A stretch of DNA of 64,000 bases, from the NCBI GenBank assembly GCA_965285935.1, contig OZ260663.1:35216001-35280000 (forward strand), given 5' to 3'. Position numbers and translations under genes: made by a program. This DNA comes from Ophelia neglecta (lineage: Eukaryota). Numbering within the stretch: the stretch's first letter is position 1; every line of letters starts with the position of its first letter. This document shows positions 33,585 to 47,869 of this stretch, in pieces. Below the pieces are notes generated by a model, which worked only from the letters and a program-made list of their open reading frames with translations, was not told the origin of the DNA and did not search any database.

Positions 33585-35179
33585 GATAACCGAATCAACA
33601 TTCAAGTTAAAATACAAACTGGGTTTCCCCAATAACTAACACGTAAGATGGTCCACTAATTAAAAGCGGGACAATTCATAGTTTGTAGCCTTTCAAATAA
33701 GAAACTTTGTATCCAGGTATTAGGAATTTAACCCACCTACCACTTCATCGTTTGTATGTGCACAGCTATCCAGGCAGACAAACAGCCCTCTAGAAAGTGC
33801 GCGAATTGGAGCTAGTGTGGTACGCTAGACATCCTGTTTGTGAAAGCAGGGCCTCGATGCATATCTGCTATTGCTGAAAACTTACTCTTACAATTGTGCA
33901 TGCTTTTTCACGAAATTGACACCGTTTTTTAAGTTTACTAAATCCTCTTTAATTCCAATTGTTTTCCTGTAGTTATCCGATTTTTACCGTACTGTATCTT
34001 GTATCCTAGGGCCGTGGTAGTAGGCGAGCACTTGATCGGTAAGTTTTCCAACACAAGTTGGTGACTCGCTTTAGAAATTCACGTTATCATTTCGTTGCAT
34101 GAGGCATCTCGCACCATCCTCGCACGGCTATAAATAATTGAAAACCCTCAAGTCGAAGATTTGGCCCTTCAATTCTGTGGATGCCTCTGGAACATGGAAC
34201 GATAGACTTTGTTTACAATTTTACACACGACCCTTTTCAAATAACCTCATCGAAGGAAGTCGCCTGCACTTCAAACAATGGGGTTTATTTGGTAACAGTT
34301 TCAGTTGTATATTGATACACACATACACCAAGTTAAGCCAATTTATTTATGTTTTACCACAACCACACCCTAGAAATGTGTTGTATTCATATCAATAGGA
34401 GCTGGGGCTCTTACAGAGGCGATACAAAGCAAGGGGAATATAGAATGTGCCCCGAGAAAACAAATTCAAAATTATAACCTACTGGTTTCAAAATTCAAAT
34501 TGGTAGACCGATTAAGAAACTCAACCATAGCAATTTGTTATTTCAAAATCCGATTCTAGTTTTCTAAACTCATGTCACCATTTTAGATGATTCTTATCAC
34601 ATTTTCGAACCACCAAATTAATATTTCAAATAGCATTTTTTGCCAAATCAGGGTTCCGATATCCCCTTTTTTTACCCATTAGATTTGCGTGCCGGAAATT
34701 TGTGTCAAATGGTCATGCCATGGCCACCGCACATCGCAAATAGTCTGAAGTGTTTTTATCACAGGTATCATTGATTTGCTGTGGTTGAAGTGTATGTTTG
34801 ATGTCTATTCCATTCGAACTGTGTTAATGTGTCTGCAGCACTATCATATGTTGCATTCCGCGACCCACTCGCCGCCGGTATCTAGAGGTGTAACTGTCTC
34901 AATGGCGTCACGATAACACAAGACGTTTTTGGATGAACAGTGCACATGTGTGATTGTTGGGCTATATATCTATAGTCCAAACGAGTAGGCTTAATGTATA
35001 TGTTTTTTATAACTATGAAAAAGCTAGTCAAGTATCAAAGTATAGATAGTAGTTGAATATTGTACCTATTTATTAATCAATTACTTGCATGTGAATTAAC
35101 CAATTTCTAATATTGAAAATAGTTGTTAAATACTGTTGGCATTTAAATGCCGAGCTGACGATGGCCTGGACTTACGGCG

Positions 35180-35260
35180 TCCTGAATGGATTAGAGCGCC
35201 CTCTGGATTTACACTTGACTTGAGGTCATGGTTCTAATTTCATGAACTACCGCCATTTAG
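35180..35260 (+). mobile_element. Degenerate tRNA-derived (SINE-head-like) fragment
   Basis: A-box-like tggattagagcgc followed by B-box-like gaggtcatggttctaatt; no intact cloverleaf. Confidence 0.3.
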
Positions 35261-38200
35261 CTGACCACATGTCGTAACCCTTCATGAAAGTGAGCCATCT
35301 GTTTTCCTAAACAGAGTAAATGTTGTCAAAAGTTAAGATCTGGAGATACCATGGTAGATGAAACAAGAATAAGAAAACGGTTCCCAAAAGCAGTGGATTT
35401 GTAAAGATCTATATGTTCCAACAAATAAATCACGTGTTTTGTTACTTCTGAAACAGTGAGTTGACAGGTTAACAGCATCGGATTCGCGGATATTTCGTTA
35501 CTTGATGGGACAGCTGTAGCCACTAATTTGACTCGTTGCGACCACACCGTAGGCGTAAACACCCGGACAACGGTGCACTGGTGACCGGAGTGTTGACCTT
35601 GTGGTGTCGTCTGGCCAGCAGGGCCATGTTAATGGATTAAAACAGTGTTAATGTGTTTCGAATGACACTGAAAACATGTGAAACATTCTTCATAGGTAAG
35701 TGTAATTTTAGTAGTTATTTTTGTTATTTACCATAGGCTTAAATAAAGAAGCATCAGTTGACCTTTCAAAATACACTCGGAGAATGGTGTTATAAAATCT
35801 AAAGGAAATTTAGTAAAATTGGGTGCTTAGAATAGGAAATCAATTCTATTTCATATTTCATAATCTAATATGATACAATTTATTGGCACGGGGTTTTGTG
35901 ATGGACAATTATCTTCAAAATTAATTGTATATAAAGGATCGCCAATAAGTTAATGATGGTGAGAGAAGAATGCCAGGGTGTTTATGGACAACGATGAACA
36001 TCCAAAACATAATAACATGCTTCATGGTGTACAGGACACCCCCAAAATGAAATGTATAATTCTAGGTTCATAACATGTGCTGGACATTGTTACGAGTAAT
36101 TGTTCATTGGCTTTTATTGCTTTCAATCAGGCAATTGTTTTTCGTAAATTAGGAAGAATGCAATAAAAGCAAATACACAATGAAGTGTATTCGTTTACCC
36201 TAGTATGTATCTCAATAAAAAAAAGTTTTATTGCTAAAGATGACAACTAGCTTTCTTTATGAGAACATTTCAGTCAAACCCTCAGACTGTTCTCAACATG
36301 TCTGCCTATATTTAAGTTCGTTCTTGCACCGGACATGATTGGTTTCCCTTAACAAACAAGACGTCGGCCTTAGTGCCCACCCAACTGTTACAGTAATTTT
36401 AAGGAGAATGAGCTTCTTACATTTCACATAAATAAATTATAATTTTCCTTAATTTTATAGGCAAAAGGGAAATTTAGTTTAAACTAGCATCCGTAGGTAA
36501 GACGGTATATTGCGCCCTGTCAAGATATGGAGTGCTAATTATTATACAGCGAGTTTGGCAATTTGTCAAGTATGGGTCTGACATACTTTCTGCTTTGATT
36601 AACATTTAACCAAATGCAAGGCGCCTCGCCACCGATGTGAAAACTATCGGGTCTTAATAAACGAGCAAACGAAGGGACAACTGACAAATTTCTGTTATAT
36701 CGTCCACTTTACCGTTGAAATGTCACTAACTTTTACAACCAGCCGTGGCAGGAACGCTGGACATTATAAGGGTAGGCTATAAAGATCAGGCTTAATTTGG
36801 TATGTTTTTTTTTTAACATTAAAGGCAATTTGAAACGACTGAAGGTTTAACTGTCAGGATCTCCCTGGTGCAGTTGGCAATTGCGGCTAATGGGTCGATG
36901 GTCTATTAAAGTTACTGAGTCTCACAGCATCATTCAAGGAAGGGCTTTCTTGAGTCCTGCAATCCCAAGGGTCGAGTATAGTATTATCAGGTAAGAAAAT
37001 TGCGCCATGCATTTGAGGGTAGGTGAACGTTGCCGTTTTGATGTGTTGGCGCTTTGTAGTGGTACCGTTTGGTATGTTGCCGGTTTCATGGGGCCCGTAG
37101 CCCCGGGTTGTTGCTTTGAGAAGAAGGCTCCAGGCTATTCAATGGTAAGATCTAGTGCGTTGATCTAGATCGAAGCCTAGATTCTATGTGCATTCTCGTT
37201 TCTAGTCTTTATTATTGTTGGAAACCTCAAAACTGCACGCAATTCGAAGTATTTGTGCCTGTCAAAAATTACCGTAATACTATAAATATCGGAGGTCCGC
37301 GTCCGCAGTTCGCGCGTCCGCCAATTCAAGGCAGCCTGTCAAATCCCTATTCTACGTATGTATACCAGCAAAGCACGATAGTGATGGCTCTAGTAAAGGG
37401 CCAATCGGATATGTTTCATACTGCTGACCAACAACCACTTTTCTTACCTCCAAAGCTGATTGCAATTAAAAGGCAGTTGTAAGGCTGGGATAAGTGGGGC
37501 TACTTTCAGCTGTTCATATGGGAATTTAACATGGGAATTATGTTTTAAAACAACCTTACTTAGTGCTTGTTGAAGTAATCAAAACAAAACTTTCAGGGAT
37601 GATTAACATTTTAGAGGGCTTTCCATTCAGGTAAATTTCACATTTGTGTGATAGCTACAGGTTTCGCAATGAACATGGAACCGCTGCAAATCTGTAGTCT
37701 AGCCCAAATTCAAGTGCAGACTATTGTTATGCAGTGCTGTCACCTCCTTGCTAGCAGGCTGAACTAGAATTATTACATCATCCCCGACTGACCCTATTGT
37801 GTCGCGTGACTTCATATTATTTTCATACGGGCCAGTAGCAATCCTCCTCCCTTTTTTGATATAAGTAGTATTATGATATACGTAGTATGATGTAGCGCCT
37901 AGGCGATAAACCGTGTAAGGTCGAGCATCCCTGCGCTTACTTACAAGGTTTGTTTTGTAGTATTTTTAGCAATGCTAAACAACTTTCCAGGAATAAATGT
38001 GATACTATAGCAGTATGTGTCCCGATAAACACATGACAAGAAAAAATAATCTTTTTTGAAAAGCCGTATTATATCTCCGCGATAGGCCAATTATATTTAA
38101 TTTTAAAATAGTCACATAATAGCGGGTATGCATGAACCATTTTTCTATCGTTGGCGGCAGTTTAATTGCAAGATAAACTTAAAAAGACAGATCAATTAGC

Positions 38201-38422
38201 GATGATTTGTTAGGCCAAAAAAAAGTCGAGGTAAATTAATTTAACCCTAATGTATTTATTTTCTTCAAATTAAAAATAATCCGTATGTAAACAATATTCA
38301 TGAAACTATTTCTCTGTATACATAAACATTCACCGATCTATTATGGTGGTTGTGTCAAAACGTTTGGACGGTATTAAGTCTGTTTGCGTTTTGGTGTATT
38401 CAGGACAATTTGTGTGTGGTCC

Positions 38423-38545
38423 TTAATTCTTCTTTTCAGCCTGCTCCATTTCAGTGACCATCTCTACCTCCCCCTGGTAGCCATTATCCTTAACACTTCT
38501 CAGCTGTTGTAAGTAATAGTCTGGCATCCCACAGTCCTCCGCCCC
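38423..38545 (-). CDS. GGCT: GGCT-like coding exon 4
   Basis: GAEDCGMPDYYLQQLRSVKDNGYQG...stop; minus-strand AATAAA at 38255-38260. Confidence 0.9.
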   Translation of the reverse strand, partial: GAEDCGMPDYYLQQLRSVKDNGYQGEVEMVTEMEQAEKKN

Positions 38546-40804
38546 CTGGCAGAAATAGGAAGTCACAGTATCAGACAAATGTTGTTGTTTTATCTGCGGA
38601 GACACAACTTTACCTTTCTTTTAACCTTATACATGATTTAGTATATTTTAAAGGTTCTTGGCAGATGAAATAGGAAAAAGGCAGGGTTTATCACACTAAA
38701 TGAAAAGTACTCACAATTTAATTGCAGGACAGTTATAAAATTTAATCATAAACGAATGCAAGAAACTTTCATTGTATTTGACGACAGGTTAAAGTGTTTT
38801 CAGGGTAGACAGGTACTTGAATATATTTACATGCTGACAAATCGTTTCTAAATTGTCTTTAAACCACTGTCTACTCGTTATATGTACGCACCTTTATAAT
38901 AAGGCCCAGATACTGAGGGGAAGGCCTTTTCTCATCAGAATCCCTTCCATGAAAGTAGTAAAGGTGTACCTTTATTGGCTGGCCGATCGGTGTCTCAACG
39001 TTGACCTCCAAACGTCGGCTAACGCCACCTACTTGACCTTCCTCTCTACAACATAACACATGACGTCAAAGGTTAAGGTGCTTTGTCACAAAATAAGGTC
39101 GAAGGTTGTGTGGAGGAAGAGAGATAGACAGTGGGATCGACATAAATCAACGACCCTGCAAAAAGTGAATAAGGCGAGTAGGAGTAGTAGAATAATTTCA
39201 ATGAAATGTCTCACTTATCCATTGCCGTTAGGTCTACAGTTTGCATCCGATAGACGGCGCCCCACACATGATCACCCGGGCTCTCGTCGATTGTTGCCAT
39301 AGCTCCATGCCACTTGCCAGACTCCTTGTGGGATTCGAAAATCAGACGGTAATCCTAGCAAAGAAATCTTTTCAATTTAGAAACCAGATTCTAAGGGAGA
39401 AAGAGCAGGCGTTGCAAAGGACCTGGGACATGCAAGAAGAAAGATGGGATTTATATTATGACCTTGGGATGAAGTCATAGGTAAATGTTTCATGGCATTG
39501 TAGATTAAAATCATAGTATATTCTTAAGATATCGTGGGAATGAGAAACATGATCAAGAATATATGTGGCCCAATATGTTTTTAATAGTAGACATTTACCC
39601 ACAGTTTAGCAAATAATGAAGTCAATTGCTACCACACTTAACTTCAGGTTGCGCATAATTTGTCAACTGTCACATTAGGCGGACTGTTAGCATTTTACAA
39701 TGGCCACAAACACTCAATTGCAATCTAACAAAGGTTTCCCAAACCAGCAATTTTGAAAAATCCTTCATGGAAGCTTAAATCCACCATTACAATAACGTTT
39801 GTAGATACCCGGCAGACACAGCTAAACCGTTTTACTTATGATTTAGCGCCGTTGCCCTTGGTACCAAAGGTTTGCGCAAGAATCATACACCTTATGTGCT
39901 TGACCCACGTTCGGGCATTGAATTTCATTACCAATGGGTCAGGGAGATAATTCCACCAAGCATTAAAAATTAGGTATCCGAACAATTGAAATTCAGATAT
40001 TAAGATATTTCTTTTATTTAAGCGTGATTACGAGATGAAATTTTATAATAATTACGGATAATAATCCATGTATACTGGCTGCTAGGTTTGAAATATAACA
40101 GCACAATTGATTATTAAAACGGCATCGCAAGGAGAGTCTGACCTGTGTGGGTGCTGTTAGGACGGAGCCTGACTGTATGAATCATTTTTGATTGATGTTT
40201 GCGGGCCCACAGCCAGCAGGTCATGACGATATCAGACAGATTTATAAGACAATTCATGCCTTATGATTTTGCATTGTTTGACGGCTATCTACTGCCGGTT
40301 TGCTTGCTTGCGATTTACTTAATCTATGGTTTGCCCTTCTTATATATAGGATTGACAGTGACCTTGTCACTAACTAATTGACGCATTTGAATCTACATAA
40401 CTATTGCATCTATAAGAATTCACACGGCAAGTTACAAGAAACTAGTTAGATACGTCAATAACCATTCATAACTGGCAGTGCTTGCACTGACCCTCGAGCA
40501 CCTGCATTGCCCTCGTGCGGGGGCTGACTGTTCTCCAAGACTTTGTACTTATATGTATATAATAATCCAACAACAAAACGGGAGTAGGTGTCTACGACTA
40601 CTACCAAATAATGTTATTTTTTTTCCAGAAAAGGATTTTTCATTATATTTCTTATTTAGGCACCTATAATATCAAACTTTATTTTTCCGAGGTCACCTTT
40701 AGTTTGGCTATGGTGACAAACTCCGCCGACGGACTTCGTAGAGCAAGCTTCTCTTTCAGTAAGTTACTGGCGTAACCGAAGTACATGATACTGTTTTCTG
40801 CCAT
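38423..40804 (-). CDS. GGCT: Gamma-glutamylcyclotransferase-like gene, 4 coding exons, 174 aa
   Basis: Spliced translation MAENSIMYFGYASNLLKEKLALRSPSAEFVTIAKLK/DYRLIFESHKESGKWHGAMATIDESPGDHVWGAVYRMQTVDLTAMDK/EEGQVGGVSRRLEVNVETPIGQPIKVHLYYFHGRDSDEKRPSPQYLGLIIK/GAEDCGMPDYYLQQLRSVKDNGYQGEV... matches the GGCT motifs YFAYGSNL, WHGGxATI, VWGVV, DxQEG, PSPQY and GAxExGLP; total 525 nt. Confidence 0.92.
38892..39045 (-). CDS. GGCT: GGCT-like coding exon 3 (catalytic Glu, PSPQY)
   Basis: EEG...PSPQYLGLIIK; phase 2-0. Confidence 0.9.
39215..39354 (-). CDS. GGCT: GGCT-like coding exon 2
   Basis: DYRLIF...WHGAMATIDESPGDHVWGAVY; phase 0-2. Confidence 0.9.
40697..40804 (-). CDS. GGCT: GGCT-like coding exon 1
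   Basis: ATG in atcATGG context; YFGYASNL motif; AAG|gtgac donor; upstream acceptor tttttcag| at 40824 implies a separate 5' UTR exon. Confidence 0.9.
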
Positions 40805-41270
40805 GATATCGGATATTTGGCTTACTGAAAAATAAACATCTAAAGTTTATTAGATACTAACTAGGTTTGTTGGTTCTATGTCTCCGTGTGAATGAATTGG
40901 GTCGGGCGTGAGGGGTAGGAATGTGAAGGAGTTGGAGGGCAAGGTTCTAAGGAAAGTCCATTATGTCATAGGGAAGCTTTAATGGCTTATTGAATAAGAC
41001 TAGGGGAATTTCAAAAGTACAAACCTAATGTAAAACAGCAATAGATTACGGGAGACAACGCCACTCTTCACGCCGGTCCGTGTATTGTCAGAACATCAAC
41101 AGCACTCCAATATTATGGAACTTTCCCTTTGAGTTATCTCATCTATGCCACTAACAATAGCGTCTTGGTTGAACAATTGTCCGTGCAGTTGGTAAAACAC
41201 GAGTTCAATACAAAATCCCGCGCGATGAACTACCCTGAATTGGCCGACGCTATAAACAAGCCTTTCTTAC

Positions 41271-41400
41271 CCTCGTTTCACCTAAAATAGGTTGGCGAAC
41301 CTAGACGTTAAACGACGTAAGCGCCTCGAAGCAAACGGTTATCGTCGCATGAGTGTACATTCACGGCGACTGCTAGTACCCGTTACTAGTGTTTTAGATC
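41271..41400 (-). promoter_or_regulatory. Probable non-coding first exon and promoter of the GGCT-like gene
   Basis: Strong donor GAGG|gtaaga at 41271 in a CpG-enriched patch, pairing with the acceptor at 40824; 5' end is approximate. Confidence 0.5.
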
Positions 41401-42459
41401 CCATGTAAATATGCCATACCTCACACGACGGTATATTTGACAGTACGACGAAGGCATGTGAGCAGGTGTTATGAATTGATTTTGTAGAAAGGGGCAATTT
41501 TATTGCAAAACCAGACGACAAATACAGATGGAATGAAGGGCTATCACGAAAGGTACCGATGGGACACTTATTGTAGCTAAACGATAAATTATTGTAGGTT
41601 TTTGGATGAGACTATGACAATTATTTTCCCTCCATGATACATGAAATACGGTCATTTAACTTGGATTTTTGTTTTGAAAATGCCACATCATAATTACTTC
41701 AGCAGTATAATCTAGACATAGCGTTTGTACAAAAATGGTGAGGATTTACGGGTCAATACCCCCCCCCCCCCCTTCCGTAGTAAATGCCCACCCGATAATA
41801 GATGTTTATTTTAGTACAAAAGTCGCAATTATTTTTTTTATTAACCTCCACCCTCAGGAGAGCATATTTACCACAGTATGTGAGTACGTGGTATAGAAAA
41901 ACAGAGATAAATAAAAAAGGATCTAAATTTAAACTTAAGTATCGGTGCATACAAAAGTTTAAAAAATTGAATTAATAATGTTTTGATTTGGTCAGTTGCA
42001 AATCATGCATTTCAAAAAAGGTTTTGTGCCCTCTGCCTCATTCTTTCACTTGCTTACAAATGCAATAACGCGTACACATCTTGTTTGGGCTTATTATACA
42101 TGCACATACGAATAAAAAGCCCCCAATACCATCACAATTGTACTGGCCTATCGTAGCATTCTAAGCCAACAATACGGATCACCTCTATTGGGCGCCAATT
42201 TCATAAGATGACTTCACTGTGTATAAATCAGAGCCTATTTCATGTTTATGGTGAATTGCGTTCCTATCGAATGTAAATAAATTTCGCCGTCACATTAGTC
42301 TGGTTGTGCAGCGATGGCGGTTTGCACATTTGGACAGCTATCGAGTCCAAACGTCGTTTTTCACCTTGTTTCACCTACCTCTATTAGGTTAAGTCGATGC
42401 ATTTTATTGGCTATCGGGTCGTTTCATAGACATTTTTCAAATGTGTTCTGGTGTATCGG

Positions 42460-42730
42460 TAAGACGCCCGGTTCAAATATCAAACTTTATTACCTGACCT
42501 ATCTTGGTAGACATTTAGTATGCCACCTATGGCAAAAGCAAGTTGTACATTATAAAAGGTTTAACCAAACAAACAAATATTCAATACGTCCCAGATAAAG
42601 ATGCGCCCCTTTCTAAAATTGTTTTCCGCAAGGTTCCTTGGCGTGACCCTGAGACGTCTGGTTCAAATTTCAAGGAATATCACCTTACCTAGCTTAGTAA
42701 ACACTGTGTATGACGCATATGACCAAAACT
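42460..42730. repeat. Diverged direct repeat (about 75-nt units, 190-nt period), likely internal to an old non-autonomous element
   Basis: gacgcccggttcaaatatcaa...acctatcttggtagaca...tatg versus gacgtctggttcaaatttcaa...acctagcttagtaaaca...tatg. Confidence 0.55.
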
Positions 42731-45700
42731 GCCTTCCTACCAAAGCTCCGAACGGCCAAAGGTTATTATAAAGTTTAGCAGCGATAAACCATTCCTTGTC
42801 GACCTAATAGACTAACCTCAAAACCCTACATGCTAATGTATTAATAGTACTGGAAGCCTACCGCACATTTCTATACATATAAGCACTTGAGCTGAGGCTG
42901 ACTTATTTGAATAGCACTACATGAGAAAAGTAAGGGTTTATATAAGGGTTTCACTTTTTTCAATTAAACATGAAGCTCTGCCAGTTTCCAGTTAACAATT
43001 TAATTTCTTATGTAAAAGGAAAATAACGGGAACAAAACAGTTTTAAGTGCTCGCGCACCCATAAGAACAGTATTTTGCATGTTTGAGGAGCAAGATTTGT
43101 TGATAGAAGTGTTGAAAGATTGATCGAACCCCTAATAAGTTCCCGGAGTGGAAAGTTCGGTCCAGAAAGCGGGTCCCTACGCCAAGCGACTTAAATAAAA
43201 TGTCTCCCGAATTGTCTCCAATTGTCCCCAAATTTTAACACTGTTATCGAAAATGAGTTCGATCTGTCTCGAATTGTCTTGTTATTGTTCCGAATTCAAG
43301 AATTCAAATTTAAACTATTTCTGGGCTTGGAAAGCAACTTTATTGAATAAATTCTGCAACGAATTAATTCTTATTTTTGTTCCATATTTGTCTCTGGGAA
43401 ATTCAAGAGAAAATTTCATTCGCTTCCTCCAATATTTTTAAATATTTAAACCTTCAAAGGGGGATACATCTTATTAAAGCCAAAGCTTTTCGCCCACCAC
43501 CATAATCGGCTCACTGGGATCTTTCCAAACAAATTTAATCTATTTAATAAATGTGCTTAAATACGGCTAAAAATTTGGAGTAAGGTGTCATATGCACAGT
43601 TGCCAAACTGCGTTCCTTTGCTTTTAATAAGCCTATTGTACGCAGGCTACCTTTTCTACTTAATGAACATTATAGGCCTGGAATACCAAGTTTCAGTATG
43701 ATTTATATTACTAGATTTGTTCTAATAAAAATTACTCTATGAACAAATATTGCTGTGTATTGTGGACTGTTGACCTGTTTTTACTTAATTTGGCAGTGCA
43801 TAGTAATGTATATAATAATATATTACATATATCGATATATGTGAAATGACTACTATATCAGAATAAGAGAGGAGAAAATAAAGGCCATACGCCCGTGGTT
43901 AGGTATATCCTGGGTAGTATGTTTACATTGAAATGTTTGACAGGCTAGTAACTAACCACAGTAATGAGATATGGTCATATAACTTTATGTTAACTTTAGT
44001 TGTCTGGTAACACAATTTCTTTTATATACAAACCTATTTTGCTTTTTAGATATATAGCGTATATTTTTGCTGGGTTGGATCGTTGAAGAATGGTTCTCAT
44101 TTGTGTGCATTGGGTGGGTCTTTGGCAAACACACAACATTCTGGAAGACTAGCATTCATCCGTTTTTACAGGATACAACCACCAGATCAGCATGGTGGGT
44201 GTTATGTGCCAGTGTGTCCACAACATATTACCAGCACTGTGGTTTTCTGCGGATAAGCACTGAATTATTGTACATGTGATCATTCATTTAATACACTAAA
44301 CATCTTTAGAAGGTTAAGTTAAACATACAAAATGCAATTAGTTGTGGTGCCCTTCAAGACTGCAATTATATACAACAATTGTTATACAACAACCGGGCAT
44401 GAGCGAAAGACATTGTCATCTGTATTATCATTCAATAGGTTAGACCGGTCTTCTGCCCTTTAACGGGTGGTCTTTCTGTGCCATTTTTGAACAACACACC
44501 TTGTTCGTATCGTTGAGGCATGTATGAGTTGATAATTTGCCGCCTACAAGCGACTGGTTCATCCTGTCTGATACATTTGTTTCCGCAAAACTTGTTCATA
44601 GATATATATATTACAAAGTTATCGACGAATAACTGCAAATCCATTGAGGGTACAACTTTATAATGGGACACGAGGCAACCACCCCGCATGGCAGACATGA
44701 TTTGTGCACAGAAAAGCATGCGTTTATATACCAGAATAAAGCACTTCATGAAAACGACGGCGACTTGAATTGGTGAAATAATTGCTGAAATGAACGATAA
44801 GTGAAAACCGCTGCTATGCCAGCAGTATATGCCTACTAGAGACAATGTTCCAAATACTGCAACCTGCATGTGTAGTAGTGGCAAACGCTACTGATACATC
44901 AATTTAATGAGGGCTGGGTGCAGTAACGCAAAATATTGACAATTGACCAGGAATGGTTATATTCATAGCGTTCATAGCCTGTGAAGCTTTCAGAGCAAAA
45001 TTCCAGTCCAGATTTAAGTTATAACATAATAGGGAAAAAGGTCTAACGCAAAATTTGAAAATTTATGTGCAAAAACGGTTTATTCTTATATAGTTAGATC
45101 TTTTTTATTGCATAAATATGGGATGTTGCTATTGATATGGTGAAAATTGTCAGTCTCCGTATAAGCAAAATCGCCTAGATGAGAACTGATGCAATGTTCT
45201 GTTATTGTAATACACTGAAAACGTATAACACTAAATACAACTGACTATGTTTAAGTTATAATATTAATCCAATAAATTGCGTTCTTGAGTTTGATCTTAG
45301 TTGTTTTGCTTCTGAAAAAGGACCAAAAATTAGTTGGACAGGTACTGCCCCCAGCCCTCGATCAGGTAAATGTGCACTCACTTAAAACTGACTCGGCTGA
45401 AAGATATGGCCCTGCGCCCGGGCTTTTACTTAGAGGAGAACTTATTAGAACACTGCATCTAGCTGCTTTTAGTGTCAGAAGTGATGATGGACGGTATGTT
45501 TCTTCCAGGCACTTTCCTGTCCACTCAGCTCATTGAAAGTAACATAAAAGCCCCCCAAGGTGATCGGGCTTGCTAAAGATAGAATATCACCTTACAAGAG
45601 CCTTTCTCAGCTTAATGGTCATGCAGTATATAGGAAATCATGTTAAGGCTGTACAGGTGCTCAGTCATAAGTTTATTATATTCTATCAAGTATACTTTCA

Positions 45701-47869
45701 ACATGCTATATCACATCTGTATGGTCACTAGCCGCAGGATGAGCAGAATAGGCCAGGCATATTCATCTGCCAACGTATTAAAAAATAAGAGAGACGTCGA
45801 TCTATTTTGCCTCAATATTACTAAAAAAAAGCCTAGTGGCGGATTGCTGGGTTTCTTAACAGTTAGAGCCTTAGAGAGGTATAAACAACGAGAGTTGGTG
45901 CAGACTAAATAGTTGGTTCGAAACATGTTTTCTCATAGTTTTGTGGCCTAAAGATGACAATATATAAATAAACACAAGACTTAAGAGGGGTTAACGCAGC
46001 TAGTTGCTGGAGAGAAAATGGAATATAATAGATCACTTCAAACCAAGACAATCGTTAACTGCGAATACGTTACAACGATGGCAACTAGAATATACATATG
46101 AATCCAGCAGGGTGCTATCAATCGTAACGTGACTCCACCTATGCCTGGTCGAATCATTTATAGGTTTCTACAAAGACTCAATTCGTGTGTTATACCCCAA
46201 TATACAGGTTGAATGTGTATCTCGAAATTAGGCCCGTTTTAATCGGTATAATTCATAAACCTGGTAAAGGGCTAAGTGCTTTTTGTTAGACTTCTTTCAA
46301 GGACCACCGATTTCGAATTCTACTCGAAATAACTGATACGAGATAGAAGGGAAATATGATATGCATAGATACCAAACAAAATTGTTTCGAGTTGTGGCAG
46401 GGTCGGGTTGCAGGTTTCCTAACATCTTAGTTCTTGGCCGATAACTACAATTGTATATAGGCCAGCAATCACCAGTTTAGCTGGAGGTCCCCGAGTGAAG
46501 CTGTACCACCAGATACAGGTTCAGTATATTACCAAACGCCTGAAATAAAAGCAAAACAATTTGAAACTCGATTACAAAGTGCTGCCCATCACAATGATAG
46601 AAAAATTAACGTTATAATAAGTAAAAATATACGAAGATGACCGGGTTGAGGGTCAAAATAAAAATATTCCAACGTTTGGTTGTCCGGAATAATCTTGTCT
46701 TCGTCATCGTCATCTGAATGAAAGTATATAAGTAATATTTACTTACGAGGCTGTTACAAAAAGCTTACTTTCAAAAGTTCTGCTGAAGATTAACCGTTAC
46801 AGATCAGTAACAACTCAGTTACTGTTTTCTCAACGTTACAACATACACGAGATAAAAAAAATACAATAAAGTAATAAATATATGAGGTGTTTTGTGCATG
46901 AGATGAAAGCATGAAAGTTTGCATTATTCGTCTTCGAAGCTACTCGTGGTCCATCATCCTCTGAGTCACAGTCACTGTGGTGCTCGGCCTGACTAAAATA
47001 CATGTATACAAAGTGAAGAAACTCATTGCACTACATGTTTTAAATGGAATGAGCTTGTATCGATACGTTGTTGGGTGAGTTGTCCCACCCTTGTCAGGCG
47101 TTGCAGAAAAAACGAATGCGATTTGCTTATTAGTCAGAGGAGATTATACTGTCCTAAGTGCAGACCATCCTCCTCAGTAATAGTTCATTACACAGGGGTC
47201 GAAATCTAGCTAGGCCCTCATACATCCGAATGTATTCGGCTACATACTATTGGGAAGCTCATGTTCTTGTGCGAACAGTAATGCGAATGAAATAAAATGG
47301 TTGCCACTCAAGATACACTCGAAATCGTATGAGGTAACAAATGTATACAAATGTAGGTTAATTTAGGTTAACCACCTCATCAACTCTATTCAATATGTGC
47401 CCCCCTTTTCTCTAATCACCTCAGTCCCTGGTGGCTTGCCTTTCTCAGACGAAGACGCATGTTCATCACCCTCAGCTTGTTCAGCCGGATACTTTACTTG
47501 CATGTGAAGTCTGATGCTGATTTTACCCCAGTTCTGTAAACAAACATATTTCATTTTATCTTTATATCCCTAAAATGAATTACTTGAATTATAATAGTCC
47601 CGTTTTTATGCTGGTTAAATAGAACCCAACAAAGTGTTATAACAATAATTGTTTGGATAAGCGCTGAAATAATATTTACCTGATCAATAAAGATTGTTTT
47701 GCTGGTATATTTTTGAAAAATGAGACCCCCAGGAATATGTGAATTGACCGGTATCCAGGTTTGTCATCTTTAATCTTTGGAGGTCGTGGTGATTCCTTGC
47801 CCTCCCCTGGCATTTTATTCCACATTTTTGTTTTCGTGGAGCTCATTCGGTACGTTTACCGGGAAGATA

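Noticed and set aside
33585-33632. ORF-track start (MGKPSLYF...) for exon 1
   Set aside because: It begins at a TTG. The first in-frame ATG at 33584 directly precedes a signal-peptide-like sequence.
33973-34038. Plus-strand exon-like segment (ttttcctgtag ... cg|gtaagt) antisense to the SVEP1 5' region
   Set aside because: Isolated splice-like pair with no partner exon identified; expected by chance.
35150-35260. Possible tRNA gene
   Set aside because: A and B boxes are degenerate and no acceptor stem or cloverleaf can be built; kept only as a low-confidence SINE-like relic.
44432-44884. 150-aa minus-strand ORF
   Set aside because: Non-ATG start, no recognisable domain and no convincing splice context; likely chance or repeat-derived.
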